A stretch of 63,339 nt of DNA from Coniocarpon cinnabarinum. Lineage: Eukaryota. The stretch is from contig JAVECO010000139.1 of NCBI GenBank assembly GCA_051942205.1, forward strand, positions 1-63,339, given 5' to 3'. This document shows, in pieces, positions 24,404 to 37,151 of the stretch (position 1 is the first letter of the stretch; every line of letters begins with the position of its first letter). The translations under genes were made by a program, and so were the position numbers. The notes beneath the pieces were generated by a model, which ran no database searches, was not told where the DNA came from, and saw only the letters and a list, made by a program, of their open reading frames with translations.

Positions 24404-26080
24404 ATGGCTAGAATCCAAGCGCTGGTGACGATCTTTCTGGCAGGCTATGCAATAAAATGAGTTTGGTAACATCATGATCATAAACTTCAATCAAAGGCCG
24501 GGAAAGTCAAGGAATATGCTGCAGCCGCAAACACTGGCAGACCTCGAATCCACTGCGAATCCAAGTCAGCATCGAAAAATTGCTTCATTCATATTCAGGG
24601 ATTAGGGACAACAACAAAAAGCGATGTTGAAGACTCAGATGCATTACTGTCAGCGGCACAACTACTGTTTGGGTCCTCTGAGGGGACTCTACCAGCTATT
24701 CACGATTTGTCGCGGGATCAACAGACAGCAGCGGCGACTGGTGCTGCACATTCAACGACGCCTACAGAAATGTTAGGAAACAAAAGATCTAGCCCTCAAA
24801 ATGTCAGCGCGTTCAATTCGTTCTCATCTGCTATGAGCATCTCCAATGGGGTGTCTTGGACGGACGTGTCTTCCATAGGCACATCAGTGTCCTCGGTCAT
24901 CTCAGGATCGCTCAATGCCTTGAGCGTTCTGGAGAGCCAAGAGTCTGTGGGCTTCAGTTTGAGCAGCGCAACCTCTCAGAATGCACCGAGCTCACTGACA
25001 TCCGGAGGTGACGCCTCGGGCACTCGTCTTACCATAGATCAGTTCGGAAATGAGCATTTAATCGCGGGTCAAAGTGCGATCCCAGTAAGCTTAGCTTTCG
25101 ATCACCCTGTCACCGCATCAACGGCACCGCAGAACCTGACTTTTCCTCTGTCGAATGGCCCGCCTGCATTACCTACTCACCCAGACATGGGCTCGCAGGA
25201 ACTCCCAACCTAAGGGTCCCGCAACGCAATGGATGATCAGCAGACAGGTGGAATGCTATCGATGGGAGACTTGGCTAGCGCTGATGGCTTAACATCCGAA
25301 ACACAAGACATGGAGGCTATGTATATGGCTTCGAAGTCCTTTGCACAAGGCATAGGAAGCTTTGTGCCAGGTCACCCGAGCGCTACCGATCTACAATTGG
25401 CGACAGCAGATAATGCATCAAATTACGGCATCATCACCGTTGGACAAGGAACTAAGCAAGCTCAAGGTCTCACAGCCGAGGCTCTGGCTGGTCTTTCAAG
25501 TGGTGTGAACACGTTGACTTTGACGAGAGACGCAGGTGGATAGACTGTAGCTGGTCCTCATTTGCCTGCAGAGCCTGTTTCCCTTCTATATCAGAGCACT
25601 GGCCCATCAGGCTACCTAATAGTTCCAACAGTCGTTCAAACGGGTGGCCCTTCAGGTAGAACATCATTAACAACCAAAACCGCCATTGAGGTTCCCATAG
25701 GAAGCTCAATGACCCCGACTGAGAATCCTAGCGGGGAACGTTTGACCAACAGTGCTGGAAGCAATGCGACAAAGTTGCCAGAAGCATCAGTCTCACCTCA
25801 CGGTTCGGCTCGACCCAAAACACATGATAGCCTTGATGTCATTGTAACAAATGCTAACGCTCAGACCTTCACGTAAAACATTGTCGTCGCGACACCTCCA
25901 TGTCAGAATGCGACCAGCAGTGCGACATTAACACAAGGAAGCACAGCCATCAACCCCACAAGCATAGAAACAGATTTTGTGACCTCTGGGAAAGCACGTC
26001 GAGGCCACTCCAGATTCCATCCTGAAACTGTTGTGCTTGGTGTATCGATACAGTGCCTTCTATGGGCAGTGCTGTTATGA
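24404..26080 (+). pseudogene. Ser/Thr-rich secreted, probably GPI-anchored protein gene with five in-frame stops
   Basis: Track ORFs 24707, 25229 and 25562 share one frame with signal-like MARIQALVTIFLAGYAIK and hydrophobic end VVLGVSIQCLLWAVLL*. Stops at 24458, 24467, 25211, 25541 and 25874. Confidence 0.7.
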
Positions 26081-26508
26081 TAGTTATCATTTTCTTTCAA
26101 AGATTGTGTATGTAGTGTATCTATCACATCTCCATGCATACAAGACTTATATTTTCATGACGAGGTCTGGCGTCGGCGTTGGGTGATACAGGGTTTTTGT
26201 GACTGGGATTTTGTCTGCGGAGCTGAAGAGCTATAAAGGAAGAGGCAAGCAGACCTTGAGGAAAATGTATCATGCACTGAAATGACATTCGCTGGTCCTG
26301 AAGTAAAAAGAATATTTTGCGAAAACATTGAATAACATAAACACTTAAATGATGATAGCGCATTGAACGTCGAAGATCATGGTAATATTTGTACATCTGA
26401 AACACATTCGTGATGACCCCACCCACTCTTTTTCCTCATTTGACAACCTTGATTGCATACCTACGCTCTGAGTTCCAATTTGCTGAGCAATCACCATTAG
26501 GAAGTCGC

Positions 26509-27180
26509 TTACTGATCTTGTCCGTGGGTAGTAGTCTCGGTTGTCGATGCCTGCGATTGAGCATCTCCTTGATCGAACCTCATCAGAGCCAGCTCTTGAC
26601 CGTCATGTCCTTCATCCGAATCCGATGCGTTCCCTCCAGGAGATGAAGGCGCATCGTCTGGAACCTCACTCCCATGAAAGGCTCGATACCGAATCACGGC
26701 CTCGGCTACTCGTTGTGTAATGACCTCGTCGGCCCATTCCTTCGCTGCGTCCAGATATTGCCTAACCGATCTGACCTCCGTGAAGCCAACTTGGATGTAA
26801 TGCTTGGCTCTTTCCAATACAGCTTTGTTCTCATAACATTGGTGCATGAGCTGATAGACCTCGCGGCGGAGGCTTCTGAAACTGACCCAGTTGAGCAATG
26901 TCATAGCAAAGATGATGGTGATGATTAGGATAGTGACGAGCATCAAGAAACCTTGACGGGAGGGGATCAACTGGAGATGATCGGTCTTGTTGGCGGTTTG
27001 CTGCTGCCATACCTTTAAGTCGCGAAGGGTGTTGTTAAGGTTTTTGACGTCTTGCAGAATGGCCTCTATTTCTTCGTCTTTTTGGTGTGTGAGCCGGAGC
27101 TGAGAGTACGACGAAGAGATTTGGCATAGGATGCTGTAAATGAGGACGGATAGGGGATTGACGAACTCGTTCCAGGACAT
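26509..27180 (-). CDS. Orphan membrane protein: hydrophobic N-segment, coiled coil, TM, helical tail
   Basis: 223-aa ORF; IEAILQDVKNLNNTLRDL heptads; TM FLMLVTILIITIIFAMTLL followed by RSLRR. Confidence 0.7.
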   Translation of the reverse strand: MSWNEFVNPLSVLIYSILCQISSSYSQLRLTHQKDEEIEAILQDVKNLNNTLRDLKVWQQQTANKTDHLQLIPSRQGFLMLVTILIITIIFAMTLLNWVSFRSLRREVYQLMHQCYENKAVLERAKHYIQVGFTEVRSVRQYLDAAKEWADEVITQRVAEAVIRYRAFHGSEVPDDAPSSPGGNASDSDEGHDGQELALMRFDQGDAQSQASTTETTTHGQDQ

Positions 27181-27581
27181 GCTGGCGTATGCAAAGAGGC
27201 GCGTAAGATGTGGTGATGAGAAATGAGCTTTGAATGATGATCACGATCGCTGTTAAGGGGTATTGAGCGCGGGCAGAATGATTGAATTACTGAACAGCGG
27301 GTAAGATCGAGGAGCCTGCGAGGGTTATTGAGTCTTAAGAAGAAAGGTGCACAACGAGCGACCGCTTGCCGAACAGTGAATGAACAGGTGATAAAGATGA
27401 GTGTGGCAAACTTTGCCCTTGCACTGTTCTGTGGACAATGACCCTTGAATCCAGGACGCTTTCAACATCCAGGCGGACACCACTCGTTATGATCATATGC
27501 TTTTTGCAAGAAGTGCCAGTGTCCTGAGAGATTAGGGGATTTTAGCTACAGAGAGACGCTTCTCAGATCACTGTACTCTTC

Positions 27582-28082
27582 CTATGGTACAACTGGCGAA
27601 TCTTTACCGGACTTGTTGTCTTCTTCGACACATCGTTGACCTTGATCGCCCGTCCTAGTAGATCGTTTGACCCTTGGACTTGGGTTGAGAACAAAGACCA
27701 GGAAGCATCCCACAATGAGTCCAAGAAGGATCGAGATCACTACGCCCTCAATCTTGAAGTAGTAAGCCCATTTGTTAGCAAGCCGATTAGCGCGATAACA
27801 CTCAGCTTGCCATTGCTGGGTCGCAAGCGAATAAATGTGGTTGTTCTTCAAGCACTGGTTCTGGATGTCGCGATGACAATGTGTGAGAGTTTGCTGTGGG
27901 ATACCAGCTGTCTTGATACCGCTGGGTAAGGGCACATCACCTTTTAATGATTTTGCGATGCGGTCGAGGTCTATGTTTGTCTGGTAGTCGACCAGTGAGT
28001 GCCATGCTTTTTTCGCGGCTATGAGGCCTGTGCCGGCAGTCAGTGCTCGAAACGCGAGCGTGAGAGGGTGCGGGTTCGACAT
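27582..28082 (-). CDS. Orphan small membrane protein with C-proximal TM
   Basis: 166-aa ORF; TM GVVISILLGLIVGCFLVFVL followed by basic residues. Confidence 0.6.
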   Translation of the reverse strand: MSNPHPLTLAFRALTAGTGLIAAKKAWHSLVDYQTNIDLDRIAKSLKGDVPLPSGIKTAGIPQQTLTHCHRDIQNQCLKNNHIYSLATQQWQAECYRANRLANKWAYYFKIEGVVISILLGLIVGCFLVFVLNPSPRVKRSTRTGDQGQRCVEEDNKSGKDSPVVP

Positions 28083-29423
28083 GACGGAGTATGGAGAAGC
28101 TAGCAGCTGTGCTCGTCCAACAGGTGATGCAGGATATCATTTATCAATGTATCTGTGCAGAAGCTTTAGTAGAGTGAGACGAGATCTTTGCGCTGATTGC
28201 CTAACACAGGGAAGCTGGGAGGATGTTCGACACACATACTCAGACAAAGAAATTCTAATGTAAAACATGGCCGGAGTTAGCAATCATATTGAATCCTTGT
28301 TCTGACATGACAAAGAAATTTCAGCCTGCAGTATCTTTCACACTGGGTCGCAAAAGTCTGTGAAAATGAATTATGCACGTTGCAAAACATACTGTGCGGT
28401 GTTAGGGAAGCTGGGACTCTGGGGACCTGCTATTCGTTGCTCGCTAGGATTGTGGACGAAAGACAATCTCAGACCTCAGTCTAGCCGACGAGCTTATGCA
28501 ACGAGGATGACTTGGTTCGCACAGTTGTGGGCTTGAAGGTGAAACCACCGTTGTGCCTTGTGAGATGTCGGATTCTGATTCGAGGAGTACTTTCCTACAA
28601 GGCGTTTGCCGCTTTCCTTGGAATGTAAGGAGCATACTTCCATCTCGAGCAACACTCTAGTAGCCCAAGCAAAGACGGAGCACCCCATCTTGCAGCATCA
28701 TTGATGTGTCCAGTGAATATGTCGTGACTTCACAGACGGCTTTGCGAAGACTGGCTCACGGTAGCTACAACAAAACCACCGTCTTGACTTCTTTTCAACG
28801 CGGATGTTACCGCTGTTGAGCTTAATACAGTCAAGGTCGACTGATCCCTCTCTGAGGTAGGAATCAAGTTCTCATTCAACGCAGTACCTGCCACAAGGTA
28901 AAAGGCGCCCGCTGTAACTAGTGCTCGCAAGGTGACGAACAGCTGTGACAGTGACACTAGTTGTGTTTGATTGGTACCAAGTAGCAAGGTTGATCCTTTG
29001 AACTTGTTGTTCCAAACATTGAGTCGGTATTAACACTGCACGTTTTTCTGACCGATGTCCAAATTCAATTTTTAAATTCGATCGCTCTTCAGAGTTCATG
29101 TGAAACATACCTTTGTGGCTGAAATACAATTGTTGTAAGCGACGTCAGACCTGGCAGCGTCAGACTTTTGCTAGGCAGAGCGGTGGAGCTGCAGAAATAT
29201 CCTGCGTCAATGGAGCGATCAGTGTCCAATGAGGCGGAGGTGCAGATAGACAAAAGGCAGCCATACCTTTCGCCTTTGCCTTCCCCTGCCGTTACACTTA
29301 TTTATAATGTTCAGACCAACTCTCAGAGCTCAAAATTCTACAACCCCAGTGTCTTTGCCAAGGCTTTCAATATCGACAAACCTTTGACTGCTTAGGCCAC
29401 AAAGTACTGACTGAAAGTTCAGT

Positions 29424-30203
29424 ATGTTTTCGCGCGGGAAGTGGGATTCTCGACATAGCTGCCGAGACTACTACGATTCACGCGAGTGTGACCGCGCAGA
29501 CCTTCTCCAGGCAACGTTGTTCTTGGCCCTTATGTTTATTGTCTGTTTCTTCCAGTTGGAGGGCCCGACCATCTTCGACAATATACCATCCAGACTTCTT
29601 CGATATTTCGAGAACGTAAAAAAGCTTGTTGTGAAAGCTGCAGTTAAGTCTGTCAACTATGGGATTATCAAACCGACACAGGCCCTTGCAGAGCAGTACA
29701 AGCATTCCCCGCGCTACTGGACCCGTCTGTGGGGTCACCAGGGCCAGAACACAGAGATTCAGGCTGGTCAAGCTTACGAAGACCAACATAACCTTCTCGA
29801 TGTCTCCAGTACCTTCGAGCTCCATTCAAAGTGCCTCCAGAGCCTGGCTTCAAACGACCAACTGCTCCAGCGAGTGCTCGGGCAAATACTCCGCAATCAG
29901 GACGAGATCAAACTGCACCAGACGTACCAAAACGGAGCGGCGCCATCGTTGGACACTCTTCGCAAGAAGATGGACACTTTTCGCAGCGACGCAGCGTGGA
30001 CACGTCAAGACTTGGATGGTGCTCAAATGCAGATTACTAAGCTCGAGGAAAAACAACATGCAACGGATGAAGTCGTGAAGGATCTCAAAACCAGATTGGA
30101 GTTCCGAGATGGGATCATCGCATCAATGTCGACGGCCTTGGCAACTCCTGGCAGACAGCAGAATCGCCGTGGGGTGCAACGTGGCCGTGGGGCTCGATTT
30201 TGA
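29424..30203 (+). CDS. Orphan protein: N-proximal TM plus C-terminal coiled coil and Arg/Gly tail
   Basis: 259-aa ORF; TM LLQATLFLALMFIVCFF; heptads LDGAQMQITKLEEKQHATDEVVKDLKTRL; TATA-like TTTATAA at ~29301. Confidence 0.7.
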   Translation: MFSRGKWDSRHSCRDYYDSRECDRADLLQATLFLALMFIVCFFQLEGPTIFDNIPSRLLRYFENVKKLVVKAAVKSVNYGIIKPTQALAEQYKHSPRYWTRLWGHQGQNTEIQAGQAYEDQHNLLDVSSTFELHSKCLQSLASNDQLLQRVLGQILRNQDEIKLHQTYQNGAAPSLDTLRKKMDTFRSDAAWTRQDLDGAQMQITKLEEKQHATDEVVKDLKTRLEFRDGIIASMSTALATPGRQQNRRGVQRGRGARF

Positions 30204-31078
30204 TGCGATATGGAGACGTAGTCAGTACGCAAGGCCGAGAGTGGTATAGGTCGCCGCTGAAATGGCGGCTGCTTGTAATGCTTTGAAGCTTGCAGGAAAT
30301 GCATGTAAACGATTATCCCTTGGCTTCTTTTGAAAAAATCTTCAATCCGAGAAACTATCACACATTGCTGGCTTCGAAGGCGCTTAATCTTGATTCGTGC
30401 GCAGATCCTTCGTTAGACAGCGAACTGCGGACCACATTGTCGCTTGTTAGTCAATGTCGCGTCGCTGCTTCCCTAGTGATTGGTACGTGAGCTTCTGTCG
30501 ATCGAAGAGAGACGACACTTACTGGCTCGACAAACCTTTCATGCTGCTATACATTCATTAGTGGCACATTCGGTGCAGGTCAACGCATCGCAGGGCCGGC
30601 GGCAATATGAACCCTTTGATCTCCGCGGATACGTAGCAATTTGCGACCAAGGCTTGGGCACAGGGTGGCAGAGCAGATCGAACACTAACGAAGGACTATA
30701 GGACGCGATATCCACTACGGACAGAAACCCCAGCTCCAGCATCTCTATGATCCTGACCTCACTGCTTTGCTACATTCTCCAACACTTTCAAATCTCCACT
30801 GAATGTTCAGCAGGCTTCCCACATGCTTCCAGATGGAGCGGGCATCTGACTCCATCTCTCCCTGCGCACTTGCACAGTTTCAGTAACATGCTGATGGTAG
30901 GTAGAACAAAACCATTGACATTCTTGACTAGAATACTAGACGCCGCCTGCTCTGTTCTGACGTTTTAAGTAGTGATGGAACTATCGTCCAGTGCTATCTG
31001 TGAAGCCTGAGACGCTACGAAAGCAGCACGTCAGGGCAATGTTCCCGTGGACCAGGCGATAAGCCACGAAAGTCAGGT

Positions 31079-34017
31079 CTAGTAGGGCCTGCATGTCAGT
31101 AAGTTTTGAAAGTTAACCTCTTGGCAACACCACCCGGCCCAAACGCCATATCCCTCGTCGGGACTCCCAAGCGCGACAACCGTCACCCCATTTTTCGTAC
31201 AGATATAGGAGGATCTAAAGTCGTATGTGACTCTAGAGCCAGAACCAGCATCGTATGAGAATGAACCAGCTGGTGTCGTTCCAGTAGGATAGACGGTGAG
31301 ATTGTATCCGTATGGCGACCCATTAATGTAGTTTGCCTGATACAGGGCGGGCCTGTTGAACCTCTGGTCTATTAGCAACCGGTTGTTGTTCCCCAAGTCT
31401 TGGCCGAGAGTAAATAAGCTGTTGGATGCCGCGTTGAAGGTGGAAGTGAGGGTAAAGGTGGTGCCCCGAATGCCAGCTGCATTTTCACTCCCATCGGTAT
31501 TGGGACCGTAAGCGATGAATTGACCTTCATATTGACTTGGAGTATGCCCACTATCGGCCACCACGCCATAGAATGTGGGAGTGGCACCGGGACATATACT
31601 CGTCGAGGCCAATGAGTACCTGGTGAGTGAAGCGGTATATGTAGGTCTCTGTGAACCGGGAGTCGTCTGTGGGCTGTTAGATCTTTTGCGTTCTTGAGGC
31701 ACTTTTTCGCACACGAGGATTACATGATCTGGGATTTAACTTACCACAAAAGTCGTGCTAGTAACAGAACATGTTGTGACGAGAGTAGTGGATGTTACCG
31801 TGGAAGTTCGGACGTACCCAACGGTGGTTGTACTTGGGACAGTCACTGGTGGAGGCGTAAAAGTTGCTACAGTGGACAGAGCCGTGTTTGAGATTGTTTG
31901 ATCAATGAGTGATGTTGCAGAGGCGCCAAAAGTGCTTGTGGTTGTTCGAGTAACTGTGGTAAAGGCTGTGGCTGTGGATGTCCGTGTCGTGAAGTACTCT
32001 GTAGTGGTACGTAGTTCAGTGGCGAATGATGTTGAGGGCAAAGTTTGAGTGACCGTCTCTGTGACGGGAAGCGTCGTCGTTGTCGTCTCTGTGACCGTAG
32101 ACGTAACTAGAACCAACGATGTTAGTCTTCGTTATCCTGTAGAAACAATAGAGGCGCAGTCAGGTGAGAAGCTATTGCCTCAGCTCCTTCATTCCACGTA
32201 ACATTGCGGCACAGAGCGCAACAGCCCGAGACCGGTCCTCGCAATAGCCCATCGCGCGAGAGCATGGTGATAGAGGAATCATGATTTACGCGGGCGTGAA
32301 GGAATGATCTCCTGGGCTGCAACGCCCTGTATCTCTTAAGAGCGAGATACATGGTGTAAGATCGTCTCGGATCGGCGCATTCATGAGAACACAATCACCA
32401 GTAAGGACGATACACGAGAGTCACGGAGGGCATCTTTAACATACCTGTATCAACTTCGGTGACAGGGACAGTGGTCTGGAAACTTTCTGTAGTCGAGACG
32501 ATTTCTGTAGACGTCACATCAATTTCGGACTGGGCCGTGCTAATGACCGTGGCAAGCTGGGTAGTGTAGCTAGTGGAAAGAGCTGTGAATGGGCTCGTGA
32601 CAGTAACAAAGGCGGGTGAGGTGACAGTAGTGGTTGCGCTCGCGACTCGGGTCGTATCGATCTCGGATTGAACGGTATTTATGACGGTAGAAAGCTGGGT
32701 TGTGTAGCTTGTTGTAAGCCCCAATGCGGGTCTCGTGACGGTGACGACGGTTGGCAATGTCACGATAATAGGGGTGCCAGGTCCAGCGGTCCGAGTGATC
32801 GTAGTTCTCGTGGGTATTGTGGTGACGCAGCTCGCTGCAGTTGTTGTTGTTGTAGTTCGGACGGTGGATGTTGCTCCAGTAGCGACACAGGAGCAGAACT
32901 GTGTTACAATAGAAGTTGGTATGCCAACGGTGTTGCAAAAGTCATTGGAGTTGTAGCGTTTAGCGAGACGGGCGGGAGCGGCGGGGTTGAGCGTGACAGT
33001 AGTGAATACTTGGCTAATGGCATATGGAGGATTTCCAGATATAATGTTTGTTGTCAGCGTTACTGTGGCCGATGTACCTACGGTGCTGTACACTGTGCTT
33101 GTTGAGGTGAGTGAAGCGGTGGAAGCGGTGAACTGAGCAATCGATGCAGGAGCAGCTGTCGCAGTCACGCCCTGCGTAAGAGTTGTGGTCGCAGTTCGAT
33201 AAGTGGTCAAGGTTGAAGTTGTAGTCACATCCTCTTCAAAAACCGTAGTGATGGTATCGAGCTCGTCTGTAGTAGCCGAAGCTTCAACATCTGTCGTCTG
33301 AATATTGGTGATTGTAGCGTCGACTTCTGAAAATGTGGTTGCTGGAGCTTGCGTTGTAGAGAAGGCAGTTGCCGTAGACGTTGTAGTGGAGTATTCAGTC
33401 TCTGTAGATGTTGTCGTGGTCATTACAGTTGAGGTAGTGCGGTCAGTATAGAAGGAAGTTAGGCTGAAACCGCTGGTGAAGGGAACAGTTGTAGTGCCAA
33501 AGATAGTAGATACCACAGTGCCAGTTTGCAATCCTGGTATGGTCTGAGTAGCTGTCAATGTGCTGGTCTGATATGCCGTCGCTGTTGAGGTGGAAGTGAT
33601 GTCGACGCCGCTGGTCGAGAGAAGTGTTGTCGTACCAAAAATGGTGGAAATAACAGTCTGACTTTGAACCCTGGAGAGGACTTGGGAGACAGTTCAAGTA
33701 CTGGTCTGGTAGGAAGTGATTGTGGAAGCTGAGCCAGTCTGTATCGTGGTGGTGGCTGTTTCTGTTGGACGAGTAGTTTGAGTTGTACGGCATGGTGCGC
33801 CAATAGTAGTGGTGCTAGTCACGGGACTCTTCTTGAGAAGCGAAGAGCAGAATCCAACTCCACTGGAGTAGGGCAGGCGGCTTGCAATTGACACGAGACT
33901 TTTTACATTTGATGCGGTGCAAGTAACCGACGGGGTTGTTGAGGCAGTGAGAACAGAGGATACAAGTAGAAGAACAATGGTCAGCACAGCAGCGTGTCGA
34001 GATCCGTTGCGCGCCAT
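31079..34017 (-). pseudogene. Large Thr-rich secreted mucin/adhesin-like gene (exons 34017-32445, 32106-31745, 31666-31079) with one in-frame TGA at 33696-33694
   Basis: Signal peptide AAVLTIVLLLVSSVLTA, internal Thr-rich repeats, KR site (RLAKR), Cys-containing C-terminal domain. Both introns are canonical and phase-consistent. Confidence 0.7.
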
Positions 34018-35328
34018 GGTTGGCACCCGGCGACGCAGGGAAGGCAATCCTGACCCCTCTGGATGAATCGATTTTTGCTCAAGGTGGGCACGGCTTATGT
34101 ATCATGCTTGTTGCTACATGGCTGAATGACGGTCTAACATAGACAGAACTTACTTACCCCACTTTGAACCTTCTCCATTATTGCGTAAATGTTGATCGAG
34201 AAAAACGCTCTGTCTATCTCCAGTTCTCACTTCCTACATAGGATCGCCGAGATTGTTACGGCACTAGTTTTGAAGCGACAAGTATCTTTGCGTGAGGATT
34301 TGGAATTGCCCTCTTGAATCTTGCTTTCATGAACAAACTAGCGTCGAGGAGATGGCAACGTCGAGCGATATGCATGGTTTTAGCGCTCATACTAGACAAC
34401 GCTTCATTGAGAGTGCTGCAGCGCCATGTCCAGGTCGTGCTATCTTGACTGAGGCAAAACCTGAAGCTTCAAACAAGAAATTAGAGGCTGATTGACGCAG
34501 TCATGCTAGTAAGAATGCTTCGCGATTGAAAGAGAAGGCCATTCGCGATATTGCAGTTCTGGATCGGGACATTCATCTGATGACAACATGACCGCGAATC
34601 TGCAGCGGCCACCTTGATGAAGAAGGAATGGACGGAGCATATCCAGCCTGCTGGAAACTTAGTGTTGGAGCCTCAGTTGTGGGTCCTCACCTTGTATATT
34701 ATACCGACTGTTGAGGCTTACAAACTTAGCGCAATTCAACGCATAACTCTCAGGTATGCTTGCCGACGAGAAGCTTTGACTGAGCTTGTCAGCATGCAGC
34801 TAGGGCAATTGGGATGGAACTTTTCAGACTGGACGTTGCAAGTTAAGCAACGCTTTCCCTGCCTCAGTAAATATCATTAACCACTGACTTGACGGTTCAG
34901 AACTCGTGGATTTCATGACTCGGTTACGAGAGGGACTCATCGATGGGAAAAGTTACGCGGTCTCTAGCTTGTTTTGGCTATTTTCAAAGGTGCAAAGTAT
35001 GAATATTTGTGTTTTGTGCCACTTTGGCTTTCGCACGGGATTTGAAGGGACTGGAGGTGCAAAACGTGCTGCTGTGCAAAGAACGTGGCACAAGCACGAA
35101 AGCTAGCACCTAGCTTACCCCCATCCCCTGCATAAGCCTACCATCCGCGCCCTCCTACCGTTCACTCAGAACGACCTCAAACCCGCTGACTTTCCATTCT
35201 ATTTGCGTCGTCAATACACAGCGAAAATGACAGAGTGACACTTCCTTGGTGTCCAACGCCTACACCCCTGTTCAGTAGCATCAATACCCTTAAGAAGCCC
35301 TCCACCGCCGTCTCGGCCCTTCAAACGC

Positions 35329-35631
35329 ATGTCCCGCCTCACCCAAGAACTCGAATTCGTCCAAGCCCTCTCAAACCCCTACTACCTCTACCACCTCTCC
35401 ACCCTCAAATACTTCGACGACCCCGCCTTCCTCAACTACCTCTCCTACCTCCGCTACTGGCAGAAGCCCGAGTATGCACGCTTGCTCACGTATCCCGCGC
35501 CGACGCTGAGAGTGCTGGAGTTGTTGGCGGAGGAGCGGTTTCGGAGGGATGTGGGGACCTGGGAGGGTGTTGCGAAGATTGCGGAGGGGTGGATGAGGGA
35601 GTTTGGGGTTCTGGAGGAGGCTGGTCGTTGA
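35329..35631 (+). CDS. MED31: Mediator subunit 31 (Soh1); the true start may be upstream (ATG 35227 via an intron)
   Basis: ELEFVQALSNPYYLYHL, FLNYLSYLRYWQKPEYARLLTYP..L..LELL..ERFR. Confidence 0.9.
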   Translation: MSRLTQELEFVQALSNPYYLYHLSTLKYFDDPAFLNYLSYLRYWQKPEYARLLTYPAPTLRVLELLAEERFRRDVGTWEGVAKIAEGWMREFGVLEEAGR

Positions 35632-36345
35632 CGGCATGAAAACGGTAGTTCGAAGATTGGTCAATCAAGATCGGTTGATGGATGACAGCGAACAGGAGTA
35701 ATACAGCGAGAATGTTATATTCAAGGAAGAGCTTGTGAGAGCTCAAGACGAAAGCACTGAAACGGACGACGAATGCGATGGCGGTTTTCAGGGCTTCGAT
35801 GCTGGTATGGGGCCAGTAAGACTGCGCCTTTGCGGTCGAGCGGCGAAGAACACGACAACTGAGTAGCGCACGAGCATGCTTGGATGTGAAATTGAGACGG
35901 AGAATCACGTGGAAGAGTGCTACACCAATATGCCGACATGGATGCGCCCAGCACGCGTTGTCAAGCAGGACAAAGATACCCAAGATATACGATGAGATGC
36001 CAGCAGAGCCATGAAATACACCCAAGAGATTAGCAGGATATGTTAAACGTATCAACCGATCCATATCTCACATGTCTCCTGCATTTTCGACCGCCATAGG
36101 TCATCACCTTCGCACTGTCTCCGTGCCGCTATGCTTGTTTTACTTCACATGAGACTATTTGCAGCTGCGCAGCCCTTCTTGCATTTGCGCTCGGCGTTTC
36201 CTGAGCTGCGTATTTTGTAAGGCCACTAGATCCGTCGCATTTAGCGTAACCTTGATCATGGTTCTCCTCTTCTCGTCTTCCCGTCGACATCTTTGCACCT
36301 TCTAAATTCATACCAGGCATGGATCATCCAGCCACGCCAGTGTCA

Positions 36346-36826
36346 TCACTCTTCTCTCGGGGGCGGCGGGCCCACCGGATGTACCATTCCCTCAATCATC
36401 ATCGCTCTCGCTTCTTCCCTACAGCACACATCAGCCCATCTCCTGCTACTGTGTCTACCTCGTTACCCAAGTCACACCTCGTGCTCCTCTTCCCCTTCGG
36501 CCGCATCTCCGTATCCTCTCCCAACACCACATCCCGAGGTATCAAAAACTCACCGACTGACTCCCAATCCAACACTCAAATACTGCAACGACGGCGCATG
36601 CCCCACCACACTCGCCTTCGTATCCCGATGCACATTCGACGCCCACTCAAACTTTGTGGTGTCAGCGTGGCCGGTGCCAATGTGGCGGTGTTGCAGGGCT
36701 TCGAGGGCTTGAGCGGCGCGGAGTTTGTCTGCCTGTTTGTGTGTTAGCTTGGTTATGTAACTAGAAAAGGTTTGCATGCAGACACAAGATTCGGTTGAAA
36801 TGGGTGATAGGAGGCCAACGTACCAT
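36346..36826 (-). CDS. SF3B5: U2 snRNP SF3b subunit 5 / Ysf3 (3 exons: 36826-36824, 36732-36554, 36418-36346)
   Basis: MADKLRAAQALEALQHRHIGTGHADTTKFEW.SNVHRDT...MVHPVGPPPPREE*; the first coding exon is the ATG alone. Confidence 0.93.
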
Positions 36827-37151
36827 GGTGGTTTACTGCAAAGTGAGGGACGATGGGTCAACTTGTGGACGAAGGTTACACAAGCTGGATCTAGTCGCGA
36901 GATGTGCGCTAGCAAAGCTGCAGAAAGGTGGGCAGGGTGGGTAATCAAGGTCCTACATCTTATGCGGTGAGCTCCCATCACAGAGAATTGACACGCTCTA
37001 GGATTTTTGAGCACATCGCGTGTGTATCTACGAATAGGTGCCCTAGCGAGCCAAATCCTTTCCAACGCTATACATGGCGTCCAATAATAATCGCATGACC
37101 TTCCCAAACGCGTCGCTAAAATGGCCGTGATCATCTCAATATATATACCCA

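Noticed and set aside
24404..26080. Alternative genetic code (stop reassignment) to explain in-frame stops
   Set aside because: Conserved genes in the window terminate normally with TAA, TAG and TGA.
26349..26400. ATGATGA...CTGA resembling a C/D-box snoRNA
   Set aside because: Only ~52 nt, with no terminal stem or recognisable guide sequence.
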